In this document: in pieces, positions 40,425 to 52,445 of the stretch
Position numbering within the stretch: position 1 is the first letter of the stretch
Layout of the letters: every line of letters starts with the position of its first letter
Assembly (NCBI RefSeq): GCF_006345805.1
Contig: NC_043012.1
Span: 31,372,001 to 31,436,000, forward strand
DNA: 64,000 nucleotides
Reading direction: 5' to 3'
From: Octopus sinensis
Lineage: Eukaryota
Notes under the pieces: generated by a model
The model's input: the letters and a program-made list of their open reading frames with translations, nothing else
Database searches by the model: none
Told to the model about the DNA's origin: nothing
Made by a program: the position numbers and the translations under genes

Positions 40425-41009
40425 GTTAGTGTGTGTATATATTTATACACACACTCACACATATGTCACATATATATGAAAATATACACACGTATGAAAA
40501 TGTGTATTTTAAGGTGTGTATGTGTGTGTGTGTGTCACAGTGCTTGAGTGTGCGCGTGTGAGTAAACCGAAATATCGGTATACTAAATAAAATATTGCTT
40601 TTCCAAGTTGAGATTACAGCAATAAATTTTATTCAATAGCAAGATTATATACTCTCTCTATATGTCTGTCTGTCTGTCTGTATGTATGTATGTGTTGTCT
40701 GTCTGTCTCTCTGGTTATGTTAGGTCATTTGTAGGGTTTTTCAAGAGTGCTACTGATAACATGGAATCCAGTACATGCTGCATGGTTGGGTTAACGGCGA
40801 CTAAACCGGAACCCCGTATCAGGCTGCTGTGTGGAGGGTTGCTTGAAACGCAGCATGACTAAAATGGACGGGTGAAAGCAGTTTAGGTTGAAGGACTATC
40901 TAACAATGAAACGGGCACTTAAAACTTTCACCAGTGGACAGCTATAACAGACACACTCACACGCACGCACACACACACACACACACATACAGACAAACTT
41001 ACAAATATG

Positions 41010-41420
41010 TACAAGATGGGGGCAAAGAGGAGGGAAGTTCTTGAAATGACTATCATTCAGCCCCAGGGGGAGGAACATATGTCCGACAGGTACCATTCGG
41101 TCGGATTATCTTAGCATTTTGTTCTTTTCAGAGGAAGCCATGGTGCTATGGACGTGTTACGTGACGATAGAACATCAGTTACGGGAAGAATAACGAGTTT
41201 GTCACAGCAGTTCAGCGTGAGTATCGGCACCACTTCAACATTTACCAAAATCACGCCGTTCCCAGACGTAACACAATCTTACGTTGGGTGAATGCACTTC
41301 GTACACGAGGTACACTAATGAATAGGAGACCAGTAGGGGCGCCCCGAACGGTACGGATCCCGGGAAATGTGGAACGCGTCAGACAAGCTTAGATACGGAG
41401 TCCAAATAGTTCTGCTATGA
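41010..41420 (+). mobile_element. 5' fragment of an IS630/Tc1/mariner element (DUF4817-type HTH)
   Basis: NNEFVTAVQREYRHHFNIYQNHAVPRRNTILRWVNALRTRGTLMNRRPVGAPRTVRIPGNVERVRQA*IRSP; TIR-like TACAAGATGGGGGCAAA at 41010. Confidence 0.8.
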
Positions 41421-41424
41421 AGAG

Positions 41425-42415
41425 AAACCAATTCCCAATGGAGTCCCACAGGGAACTGTACTAGGGAAACTACTATTTGTGGTGGCCTTCTCAGACATAC
41501 CCTTCGCGGTACAGCCAGTCAGTCTGACCAGTTATGTTGACGACACATAATTGTCACAGGCAGTTAGGAACCCAGAGGAGATCATAGAACTGCAGGAAAA
41601 CCTGAATGAAATACACAAATGGGCTAAAAAAAAACATGCAGTGCTATGAAATTTCAGGCACTCCACTCTCGGTCCAACATCAGGCTAAAATCGGAATACA
41701 CTGGACCAGAAGGTAATACGGTCCCTGAGTCAGAGTCGGTGCGTGATCTGGGGGTTCACATGAGCAATGATGCAACATTTGTATGCGTATTACTAAGATG
41801 TCAACACTGTTCAGGCGAGTGGCTGGGTGGATTCTGAGGAGATTCAGAAACAGGAAAAGGGAGGCCCTACTATTCCCATGGAGGACTTTCGTTCTCAGCC
41901 GCTTGGACTACTGCTCCCAACTATGTTCTCCAGAGAGTGTGAAACAAACTGTGGAACTCGAAGCAATCCAGCGCCAATAGAACAAAGAAGATTGAGTCAA
42001 TGCAAAGGATGGGATATTGGGAGAGGCTAAAGGAGCTGGGTCTCTATTCCCTGGAGAGAAGACGAGAGAGAGATGCGGTGATATATATTTGGAAGATCGT
42101 GGTATTTTGGAATTGACAGCTATACCAGTCCCCGAACTGAACGGCACTGCATCGTACCAAAGATCCAATCTTCCCCATCTAAAATAAGGACACAGCACTG
42201 CAATAGTCTGGGTTTCAAGGGCCCGCAGTCGTTCAACATCCTGCCAGGCAACCTTACAGATCTACATAGTGTTAATGTCGAAGTTTTCAAGGAACGTGCG
42301 GACAGGTTTCTATATGAGATACCAAATGGATCCACAACGCGGCAGGAGACACAATGTAAAGCCGCTCCGTCCACCTCGCTTCTTCAGCAAAAACAATATC
42401 GGAAGCAACACCGAG
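41425..42415 (+). mobile_element. Decayed CR1/L2-group LINE, RT and C-terminal region, 5'-truncated
   Basis: GVPQGTVLG..LF; SYVDDT; LQENLNEIHKWA; VRDLGV; WRTFVLSRLDYCSQL; LEAIQR; LYSLERRRERDAVIYIWKI. Confidence 0.9.
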
Positions 42416-42595
42416 TAACTACTTGTGGTGCACCAGCATGGCCTCAGCCCAGGGCTGACACCAATAAAAGATAAATATATGTATCAATATATTTGTGTGT
42501 TATATACATGTATACACTTCCATAGTTGATACACACACACACACATATACACATACATATTTGATTTTGATATATATATATATATATATATATAT

Positions 42596-43101
42596 GGGCG
42601 TGCGGAGGAGTGGCTGTGTGGTAAGTAGTTTGCTTGCCAACAACATGGTTTTCGGTTCAATACCACTGCGTGACACCTTGGGCAAGTGTCTTCTACTGTA
42701 ACCTCGGGCCGACCAAAGCCTTGCGATTTGATAGACGGAAACTGAAAGAAGCCTGGGATCTAACACACAGAAAGAAGCACAGAAAAATATGTAATATACT
42801 TACACAGAAAAATTTAAACAAAATACGCGAGTGAAATCAACATAGACAACAGCGGCACAGACAACAGTGAACCACGACAGATTGTGCAGTTGTTATGGTG
42901 ACAAGCTGTTAACGCCACGCTGTCTGTTGATTGGCTAAAATACCCACATTTCCAGACTTTAGTGCCAAATAACATCAGATACTTTGAAATAAGAGATAAA
43001 GTAATTGGTTGATCGTAATCAAAATTGCATCGATACACCAAAATTGAAAGCTATCTGAGCAAAATTAAAGGGAGCTTAAAGACTAGATCCGAAGCCAGTC
43101 G

Positions 43102-43171
<70 letters not shown>

Positions 43172-43345
43172 TTGTATGTCTGTGTTTGTCCCCCCCCCAA
43201 CATCACTTGACAATCGATGCTGGTGTGTTTACGTTCCCGTAACTTGGAGATAGGATAAGTACTAGGCTTACAAGGCATAAGTTCTGGGGTGGATTTGCTC
43301 GACTAAAGGCGTTGCTCGAGCATGGACGCAGTCACATAACTGAAA
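42596..43345 (+). mobile_element. Family B SINE interrupted by a ~336-bp insertion
   Basis: Head 42596-42753 ends in GAAAGAAGCC; SINE resumes GTCGTATATA at ~43098; tail runs to ~43345. Confidence 0.8.
42755..43091. mobile_element. MITE-like insertion with GGGATCTA...TAGATCC termini and 6-bp TSD
   Basis: GAAGCC at 42748-42753 and 43091-43096 (equivalently AAGCCT/AAGCCA); the pre-insertion site is known from other family B copies (GAAGCCTGTCG at 63856). Confidence 0.75.
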
Positions 43346-43519
43346 CTGCAAAAGGAGACCAAACGTGTACGCCGAAACTGCAAAGACGATCTGCTTCTCG
43401 ACTGATGATTGGAATCTCCAACTGATCCGTCTTTGTTTTTTCCTGTCCTATTTTTGAAACGTCTAACTGTCTGAATGTTTTTGGGTCGCTTGTTACGTTC
43501 TCGTTCCATTTTTTTGTTT

Positions 43520-43570
<51 letters not shown>

Positions 43571-43640
43571 TTTGAGGGAATAATAATCCTAACTTACAGG
43601 GAAAAATTCAATTTAGAAATACTAAATCAAATTTCACACA

Positions 43641-43671
<31 letters not shown>

Positions 43672-44893
43672 ATATATATATATATAAATTAGAAAAAAAT
43701 GCCTTTTATCAATTCAAAATGAACAATTAAATTACACCATCTAGAAAATTACATATAATAGAAATATTAAAATTAAAGTAACAATAATATACCGATGATT
43801 AAGTAAATTGCTAGAAAATAATAAAGACGTATATAATTGGTATATATATATGAATATGAATTTACACATTTGAAAATACAGCAGCAGGAAATGAAATTTT
43901 CGCTAGAGTGAAGTGTACGCAAAATTACCGTTGAATATAATGGTATTGTTACAAACGTACAATAGAATTGTGATATTTAGTCCGGTCGGTCGATTATTTC
44001 ACATTTACGCTTTATTAGTACATCGTGAACGCAGATATATGTGTGTTTAGGTCTGTGACTGTATGGATACATATAACCACTTCTATGTATAACTTTCCGT
44101 GTTTCTTTCTGGTTTCCGTCCAACTGTATGTAATTCGCTCCTCCTCTGCTTTCTTCTAACGTCTAACATAGCTACTTTCCCTTCAGTGCTTCCATATTTC
44201 AATAATCCAGCAGCCCAGTAATTACTAACTGTTCACTTCAAGGCTATAGTTTGTTTAATGATTTGTTTCCTTAGCCACCCAAACCTTAATGATGTTACTT
44301 TGGTAACCAAATGTCAGTCGCTTTCTTAATTATACTTGGCTAACGGTAGCTACTTCAGTCGACCATACATACATCTGCAATTTTATAATTTTCTGTCTTT
44401 TCCCCACCCCACCACATACATACACATACATACATACATACATACATACATACATACACACACACATATATACACTCGCCTGTATGTAGAAAAGACTGTC
44501 TTTACACACACAAACACACACATGCACACACACACACACACCTACATACATATACATGATATGTGTGAATTTGTTTTCATTTTGTTTCGCACTAAATTCA
44601 CTTCATTGTTAAACAGTAGCGCTATTGACGGGCTTCAGATGTCGTATTTGCTACAAAAGAAAGGAAGGGGAGTTTTATGATTTTATACCGAGAGCATTAG
44701 CAACACACATAAAGCGTGGGATATTCAAACGAGTTTCAAAACCCTGATGTAGGTATGATTCGTTTGATGTTTGTTTCTTCGTTACTTCTCACATATGATA
44801 AATTAAGAAATATTCGTCTCCACTGGACAAAGAGCCAAATGTTCTCAGAAAAGTGTCTTTTGTTCATATATTTCTTCAGTACATGTTATGGTA

Positions 44894-45150
44894 GAGGCAC
44901 GTGGTTTAGTGGTTAGGGTTTTAGACTCATGCCCATAAGATTGGAGTTTCGATTCCTGAACCGGGAGACGTGTTGTGTTCTTGAGCAGAAGTCTTCATTT
45001 CATGTTTCTCCAGTCCGCTCAGCTGGCAAAAATGAGTAATCCTGCGACGGAGCGGCGTCCCGCGTAGGTGGGAAATATATACGCCACGGAAACTGGGAAA
45101 CCGGCCCTTATGAGTCAGTATGGCTCGAGAAGGAAACTTCTTAGTACAGG
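44894..45150 (+). mobile_element. Family C SINE
   Basis: GAGGCACGTGGTTTAGTGGTTAGGG...GAGTTTCGATTCC...TTCTTGAGCAG. Confidence 0.75.
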
Positions 45151-45508
45151 TTACAAGTGGTTTGATGAAACGTTTATGAATGAAAAACAAAGTAGAACCC
45201 GGCGAAATTTGAACGTATTAAAGTATGAAATTAGATTAAAACCTTTCTATGCAGAATCACAGTTACCTCAGCTTAGAAGAGGAAGCTTAATGTAAAATAT
45301 ATGCATTGGACGATGGCTTAAATGACCAAAAATTTGAAGTCCTTCTGTTGTATATAACCGTAAGGCTTTGTCTGTTATATATTCAACATTCTTATTCTGT
45401 TGTATTTATATAATGTCTTGTTTGTTTCTGACATTCGCTAGCTTTTTTCCAATAGTTTTGCTTTACGACTTTGTGGCAGTTGAAAGAAATCAACATTAGT
45501 ATTTCAGA

Positions 45509-45715
45509 AGGCGGTGATCTGGCAATATGGTTAGCGTGCCGGGCGAAATGCTAAGCGGCATTTCGTCCGTCTACATGTTCGGAGTTCAAATTCCGCTGAT
45601 GTTGACTTTGCTTCTGATCCTTTTGTGACGATAAAATAATTGCATGTTGAGTACAGGGGTCGATATAATCGAAATTTCTGTTCCGGTGCCAAAATTTGAA
45701 ACCAGTATTACTATT
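45509..45715 (+). mobile_element. Diverged family A SINE
   Basis: GGCGGTGATCTGGCAA...GAGTTCAAATTCCGC. Confidence 0.75.
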
Positions 45716-46429
45716 TCAGAAAGATAATTGGAAATATGTCTTGTAGTATTAAGTTGCTCCCTTTTATGTTCTGAGTTCAAATGTCAGCGAGGTTCACTAA
45801 ATATTTAATAATTCTGGTGTTAATAAAATAAATCTCGAACCAGTTCTGGGCTTGACCTCGTGCCGATGATCAATATTAGTATTTCACTAAGCGGTGGCAA
45901 ACACCAGGGAAGAAGCGCCGTCTTTTTGAATTCGATTCCTAGATATGATATTACTTATTGATTACAGCTCAAGACTGCCAATTTGCCTCATCTAAAATAT
46001 AGCACCTTTGTATTTGATGAAAAGAAAGCAAAATTACACTGCTTTATAATTATGAACAAACTGGTTCTACTCTTTGAGAGCATTGTATACTTGTTTAACT
46101 TAAACGTTTATAATTCTGATAAATATACTGTTGAAGATGAAGTTATGAATTAATAATTATGAATTATGAAGATGAAGGTATGAATTAATAATTACGAATT
46201 AAGAAGCGGCCGTTTATCTGCTGTCTATTATATATACACTAGACATTGTGGGGATGAGAGAGTTTGACAGTTTCACCTGCATGCTTTTTTTATGCGCAAG
46301 GATTCATAGTGTTATAGAAGTCTATATATTATTTTCAAATGTATTTCTAGTAATGATTTTGGGTAGTTTGAGTGGTAATGGAAAGTTGAAGCCAAGACAC
46401 AAGAAATGTAAATAACAAAATAGAAAAAA

Positions 46430-47010
46430 ATACAAAGCAATCACCATTTCACTGAACTTCTGTTTATTTCGTTCCCACCCTATCACCTCCTACTTTCTTT
46501 CGTATCCACTCCCTTTCTTCAGACACATCTACAATCTGCGTGAACTGGTTCACAGTTTCTTCATTCCTCATCACAAGCAACTTCCTTCATTTGCCAGTTC
46601 CTGATTCTGCTTCGACGCCTCCTCCTTTGTATACTTGTCCGACGTAGCACATCCTTCCATTTCATCGGCCGTTTCACTTGTATCTCCCAAAACATCACTT
46701 ACGGCATAAAACCCCATACTATGCGACATATTGCGGAAACTAGTTGACAAGTAGCAGATCATTTTAAGAAATACTTGTTAGGCACCTGACTTAAAAATCA
46801 TCGGATCACTAAGAACAGTAGCCCATAATTTCAGATTTCGTAGTCACACTTCATGGATTTCACTGTTTGCAACATTGCACCACTCCATAAATCTCCCTTT
46901 CCTCGATGGAATCGCGAACAACAATTTTCTGGTTGAAAATCTCTAATCCAGTTGGGAGTATAATCGAAATGCCTTCCTCTAAAAACATCACTTTCTTCTC
47001 ACAATTACCA
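46430..47010 (-). mobile_element. Possible very decayed RTE-clade LINE endonuclease fragment
   Basis: NDLLLVN..FRNMSHSM followed by RRRRSRIRNWQMKE...VNQF, resembling the RTE AP-endonuclease end and its downstream basic/W motif; heavily frameshifted. Confidence 0.4.
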
Positions 47011-48115
47011 CCCATAAACCCTGATAACAACCCTAATGTACGTGTCAATCCTCTATCTCTAGACACACTCACATGCACTGCACTACTTATCTACCTCCCA
47101 TACCCCCGCCTATTACCCATATACCATAACGCACACCAATATGCGCTGCCGTTCAAGAATTTGGACCTGGAGATCTCCATTTCCAGCGACTTCGAGGGCC
47201 ACTTCCCAGTGGTATCGGGCGTCAACGAAGAGCCCTCGACTACAACAAGACGACCAAATTTTTTTTCCAAGGTCTGGGGTCTCCCGCCCCTAAGCCCTAG
47301 ACCATCACCTAATCACCCTTACCCGTCTTGTTGCTTAACAACAACAACAACCATTATGCGCTGTTCACCCACACAAACACCACATAAACGTTTATTCTCC
47401 AGGACATATACCCAAACTCACAACACATATTTGCATCTACTTGCCGTCATACACACATGCATAGATTATATTCTCATATACTTGCTTCTTAAAATTTCCT
47501 GTTCTTACCTCCCTTATTTCTTCCTTTCTCACTCGTTTCGTTGCAAAACACTAATCTACTTTTGTTCTTTGTTCTTCTACTCATTTACGTTATTTTATTC
47601 ACAATGCTGCATTGATAAAATAAACAATATTTGTTTCTTTCTTTTAACATATTTTCCCCTTTTCTTCTTTTCCGTTTTTCACAATGGACCTCTGTCTTAA
47701 ACATTGAACATTTTCATCGAACATTCTCGTTTGTTCTTTCCACTCAGTGTAATTAGATACTTTAGTCTCTGTTTTTGTTTTTGTTTGTATCGATTTCTTT
47801 GTGATTCAAATTGAATTCTTTCTTTATATGCTTCTTGATATGAGTAGTTATTGTCTTAGTGATGTTGAAAGAAACAAGACTGTCATGTCAACATTGAATG
47901 ACATCTGACAAGGCTATCATGTCCACATTGAAGGATCTGCCTTCATAAAAAACAGAGAGAAGGTGACAATATTTCCATGTTGTGCAGATAGCTTTTCTGA
48001 ATCGTTGATTATGGAGTAACGAAGGACATTATCGACTTCAATGCACGCAATGTAACTAGAAGTAAATGTGGGTACGTACTTACTGTGCAAATAGAATATA
48101 ATGGGTGAATTATAA

Positions 48116-48347
48116 GGCGGCATGCTGGCAGAATTGTTAGCACGCCGAGTAAAATGCTTAACAACATTTCATCCGTCGTTACGTTCTGAGTTCAAATTCC
48201 GCCGAGGTCGACTTTGTCTTTCATCCTTTTGGGGGTCGATAATTTAAGTACCAGTTACGCCCTGGGGTCGATGTAATCGACTTAATCCCTTTGTTTGTCC
48301 TTGTTTGTCCCCTCTGTGTTTAGCCCCTTGTGGGCAATAAAGAAATA
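48116..48347 (+). mobile_element. Family A SINE with ~16-bp flanking duplication
   Basis: GAATATAATGGGTGAA at 48094-48109 and 48349-48364. Confidence 0.88.
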
Positions 48348-48820
48348 TGAATATAATGGGTGAAGTGATCAAGCTGGTGTTTATAGGAAGTAGACCGGAA
48401 AGAAAAGTATCATTATACGCTGCATTCGAGGAGTCCGGGAGCAAGCGGCCAAAGAGGGAGAGAAGCCTAACAAGGTGGATAGGCATAAATGAAAGTATTA
48501 CTAATATGTATGGCAGCAATCTTGCTTTCGTCGAAGTTCTCAATATCAGTATACCAGTGCTGTGTAAGGTAGGAGAGCAAAGTATTCAGTCAATCTACAG
48601 AGAAATCGCTTGTATGTGCGATAGATTACAAAAACTTTGAGAGATCAGGCTTTGTGTTTGGTATACCAACGGTTACTGAAAAGAAAAGAAGAAGAAGAAG
48701 GAGGAACGAATAAAGACCTTGTTTATAACTGTGTTCATGTTCCTTTGCGATATTTGAAGTGAGAGAGGGCTGATTCAAACAGTTTTGCGATGTTGGCTAT
48801 TTTTTCTTTTTTTTTTCTTT

Positions 48821-48870
<50 letters not shown>

Positions 48871-49904
48871 CCATTTCATGGAAAGTTATCTGAAAATGAT
48901 GGCTGTGCATTCAACTGATTCTATTGACCCGTCATCTATATACTACTTGTACTTATGTTAATGTCAGTGATCGGAAGATGAAAATGTATAAGAGTATATA
49001 TCAGAGGGAAAATCCACCAACACCAACCAAAAAATGAAATAAACAAGCTTTAACTATAAATGTCACACTGACGACAAATGTCAAATTCAATGTCATATCA
49101 GTTTTATAATTGAACAAGAAAAGATGACTTATTTTATTCTAATTTCTCTTGTAGTAACTATTCTATATAATTCATTATCTCGATCGTCTACAGCCTGTAA
49201 AAGACAAATGGCGAATAATTTGGAAAGAACATTTTTTCGAAATATATAATACTTCAGTTACGCATGTTTACACTGGACGGATGTTATATGAAAACACTAA
49301 TATATAAGCGATAGACATAGTTTTTTTTTTTAGGCAAAAATTAGGCCGACCATTTAAAGAAAAGCTCGAGGAGACGGCCCACAAATAAGTTGTTGCTGTC
49401 TGTTCTTGACAAGGTAACACTGATGGATTCTCATTCTGATTCGATGATGAAAATTCAGTTTTCAGTCAGAAGAATTAGTGTATAGGTTACTGAGCATTCC
49501 ACAGATACATGCAACATTAGCATAATTCTCAATTATCGGTAAAAAACAAACAAGGAATTTTCGCAAAGTTTCGGTCAATCGAATATCACTCACAAAACTT
49601 CAGTGGATCCGAGGTTATAGGAAAAGACATTCGCTTAAAATTCCATACAAAAAGTCAAATTACGGCTGTCTCATAAACCCAAATGCAGTAAGAGAATGAG
49701 ACATCACAAGAAAACATTCTATTATTTAATTTTATTTGTGAAATTTTACATAAGTTATAAATATCCTTATAAGAATATTATTTTCTTCGGTGCTGTGTCT
49801 AAGAGGATATGGTTGATTAACCAGTATATCATTTATTTCTATTTCACCGAAATCGCCAGAATAGGAAGCAAAATCACCTAATGAGAATTTCATCCATAAA
49901 ATGA

Positions 49905-50228
49905 TTAGTAACCAGCAATCCGTCGGTTACGACGATGAGTGTTCCAGTTGATCCGATCAATGGAACAGTATACTGGTGAAATTAATGTGTAAGTGGCTGA
50001 GGATTCCACAAACACGTGTACCCACAAAGTAGCTCTCAGAGAGATTCAGTGTAACGCAGAATGTGATAAGGGTGGTCCCTTGAATGGTAAGCTACAACTC
50101 GTTTTACCAGCTGAGTGGATTGGAGTAACGTGAAATAAAATGTTTAGCTCAAGGGACACAACGCGCCGCCAAGAATCGAACTCACGGCCGTGAACCGAAT
50201 ACCCTGATAACAAAGCCAAGTGCCTTTC
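49905..50228 (-). mobile_element. Diverged family C SINE
   Basis: AGCTCAAGGGACACAAC...GAATCGAACTC...AAAGCCAAGTGCCT is the reverse of the family C head/CORE region. Confidence 0.6.
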
Positions 50229-50231
50229 ATA

Positions 50232-50463
50232 ATATGTTTCTTTATTACCCACAAGAGGCTAAACAGAGGGGACAAACAAGTACAGACAAAAGAATTAAGT
50301 CGATTACATTGACCCCAGTGCATAACTGGTACTTAATTTATCGACCCCGAAAGGATGAATGGCAAAGTCGACCTCGGCGGAATTTGAACTCAGAACGTAA
50401 CAGCAGACGAAATACAGCTACGCATTTCGCCCGGCGTGCTAACGGTTCTGCCAGCTCGCCGCC
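50232..50463 (-). mobile_element. Family A SINE
   Basis: Complete body and head. Confidence 0.88.
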
Positions 50464-50929
50464 TTCGCCTTTCCTAAAATGATTCAGTAGGAAAGACATT
50501 GATACTAAAATAAACAGGCTGCGTTCTTAAATGACTACGGTCATTCCGACTTATTTTAACGAGGTAGAATGTAATATTACGCTATAAGGAATTAGTTAAT
50601 CATAAAAGAACAAAAATTATGCATCCCCTAAAGAAATTAATAAAACCACTCAGATGACATTGGAAAATTCTTAGAACGAAACCCGCATCATTTCCATAAC
50701 AATACGATATAAAGAGACGCAAAAGAAGTAGCTAAAGTGGCAGATTAAAAACTATTACTTTATATAAAATATTTTATAACATTTTAGAGAGAGGAAGAAA
50801 AGAAACTAATTGAAGAGTAGCTGACTATACTTTAAAAATCTATTTTCGTCAGATGATAATACGTAAGCAATTCATATTGTAAAGCAGTTTGGAAATGATA
50901 TTAATACAAAGAATAAGATGACAGGATGA

Positions 50930-51625
50930 TAAACTAGTGAGCACGCCGGGAGAAATGATTAGTGGTATTTCGCCTGCCTCTACGTTCTGAGTTCAAATTC
51001 TGCCGAGGTCGACTTTGCCTTTCATCCTTTCGGAGTCGATAAAATTAAGTACCAGTTACGCACTGGGGTCGATGTAATCGACTTAATCCCTTTGCCTGTC
51101 CTTGTTTGTCCTCTCTATGTTTAGCCCCTTGTGGGCAATAAAGAAACAGGTATTTTGCCTGCTGCTACGTTCTGAGTTCAAATTCCGCCGAGGTTGACTT
51201 TGCCTTTCATCCTTTCGGGGTCGATTAAATAAGTACCAGTTACACACCGGGGTCAACTTAATACGTTTGTCCTCTCTGTGTTTAGCCCCTTGTAGGTAGT
51301 AAAGAAATAGGTATTTCGTCTGCCGCTACGTTCTGAGTTCAAATTCCGCCGAGGTCGACTTTGCCTTTCATCCTTTCGGGGTCGATTAAATAAGTACCAG
51401 TTGCTCACTGGGGTCGACTTAACCCATTTGTCTGTCCTTGTTTGTCCTCTCTGTGTTTAGCCCCTTGTAGGTAGTAAAGAAATAGGTATTTCGTCCGTCC
51501 TTACGTCCTAAGTTCAAATTCCGTCGAGGTCGATTTTGCCTCTAATTCCTCTCTAGATCGATAAAATAAGTACTAGTTTAACATTGAGGTCGATGTAAAC
51601 GACTCGTCCCCTCCTCCGAAAAATT
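50930..51625 (+). mobile_element. Family A SINE tandem array (one head, four body units)
   Basis: Units start at GTATTT 50965, 51150, 51311 and 51486. Confidence 0.9.
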
Positions 51626-52257
51626 TGAATCATCAGTAAATCTCTTACAACAACCAGGTAACAACATTTTCAATAGATTTCTGATCAGTCTAGAACAAGT
51701 TTATACATAACATATAATTTAAGAAACTCTAAGAAAAGATCAATAGAAGATGCCTTTAACTTACTACTAACCAGTAATCCATAAACATCTGTCTAAAATG
51801 TTATTCAATATTATAAAATCTAATTGTACAACGCACAGAGAAAATCAATTAACATGTGTAAAGCAAAACGAATTTAACGAAATTCTTATTAGAAAATTGG
51901 TCAACTCCTTGTCAACAAAATTCTCCGGATAAAGAAAACATTATCCGGATAAAGAAAACAAAATTATCCGGATAAAGAAAACAGTGAAAGAAGAATGTGA
52001 AATGTGATTGCATCGGTTGCAAGGAAATCTTTCAAAGGATTCTTTAACTGGTGTTAAGAAGACTGGAATACACATATATTATGCCCAGATAGTTCTATGT
52101 ATGGGAAGGTTACCGATGCGTCTAACCATGTGGAAATTTTTACGAATCAGAAGAAAAAGAAATTAGTCAATGTGACATTATTTTATATAGAATAAAAAAT
52201 CGTAGTTAAACTCTCTGATGAGACAGCTTTTATTATGTGTTTGGGACCAACTTGAAA

Positions 52258-52445
52258 ATGGAAACCCAAAACGAAACATTTTCGACATCACGTGCTTTTA
52301 TATTTTTAAAATGGCAAGAAAGCAGCGAAACCCGCAGGAAGATATGCGCTGTGTACAAAGAGGAAGCTGTTACGGCACGTGTGTGCCAGAAGTGGTTTCT
52401 AAGATTTCGAAATATTTCAGTTCAAGAGTTATCTCGCTCTGGCTG
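52258..52445 (+). mobile_element. Mariner (Mos1-like) transposase N-terminal HTH remnant
   Basis: METQNETFRHHVLLYF..GKKAAK.RKICAVYKEEAVTARVCQKWFLRFRN across frameshifts. Confidence 0.75.

Noticed and set aside
40052-40429. ORF with a strong acceptor at ~40104; also ORFs 48347-48640, 61427-61735 and 1182-1373
   Set aside because: No matching strong donor or recognisable domain. Several begin inside SINEs or are equally open antisense.
42915-42945. NF-Y-like CCAAT box (TGATTGGCT) suggesting a promoter
   Set aside because: It lies inside the 42755-43091 MITE-like insertion.
43080-43095. GACTAGATCC, resembling the miR-279 5' end
   Set aside because: The match stops after 10 nt, there is no precursor hairpin, and it is the MITE terminus.
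43385-43420. CTGATGA followed by a TTGGA-ATC-TCCAA hairpin, resembling a hammerhead
   Set aside because: No GAAA after the stem; at most a remnant within a terminal-repeat fragment.
46906-47700. Longest ORF in the track (264 aa)
   Set aside because: Mostly the antisense of a decayed retroelement plus low-complexity C/A- and T-rich sequence. No domain, splice or codon support.
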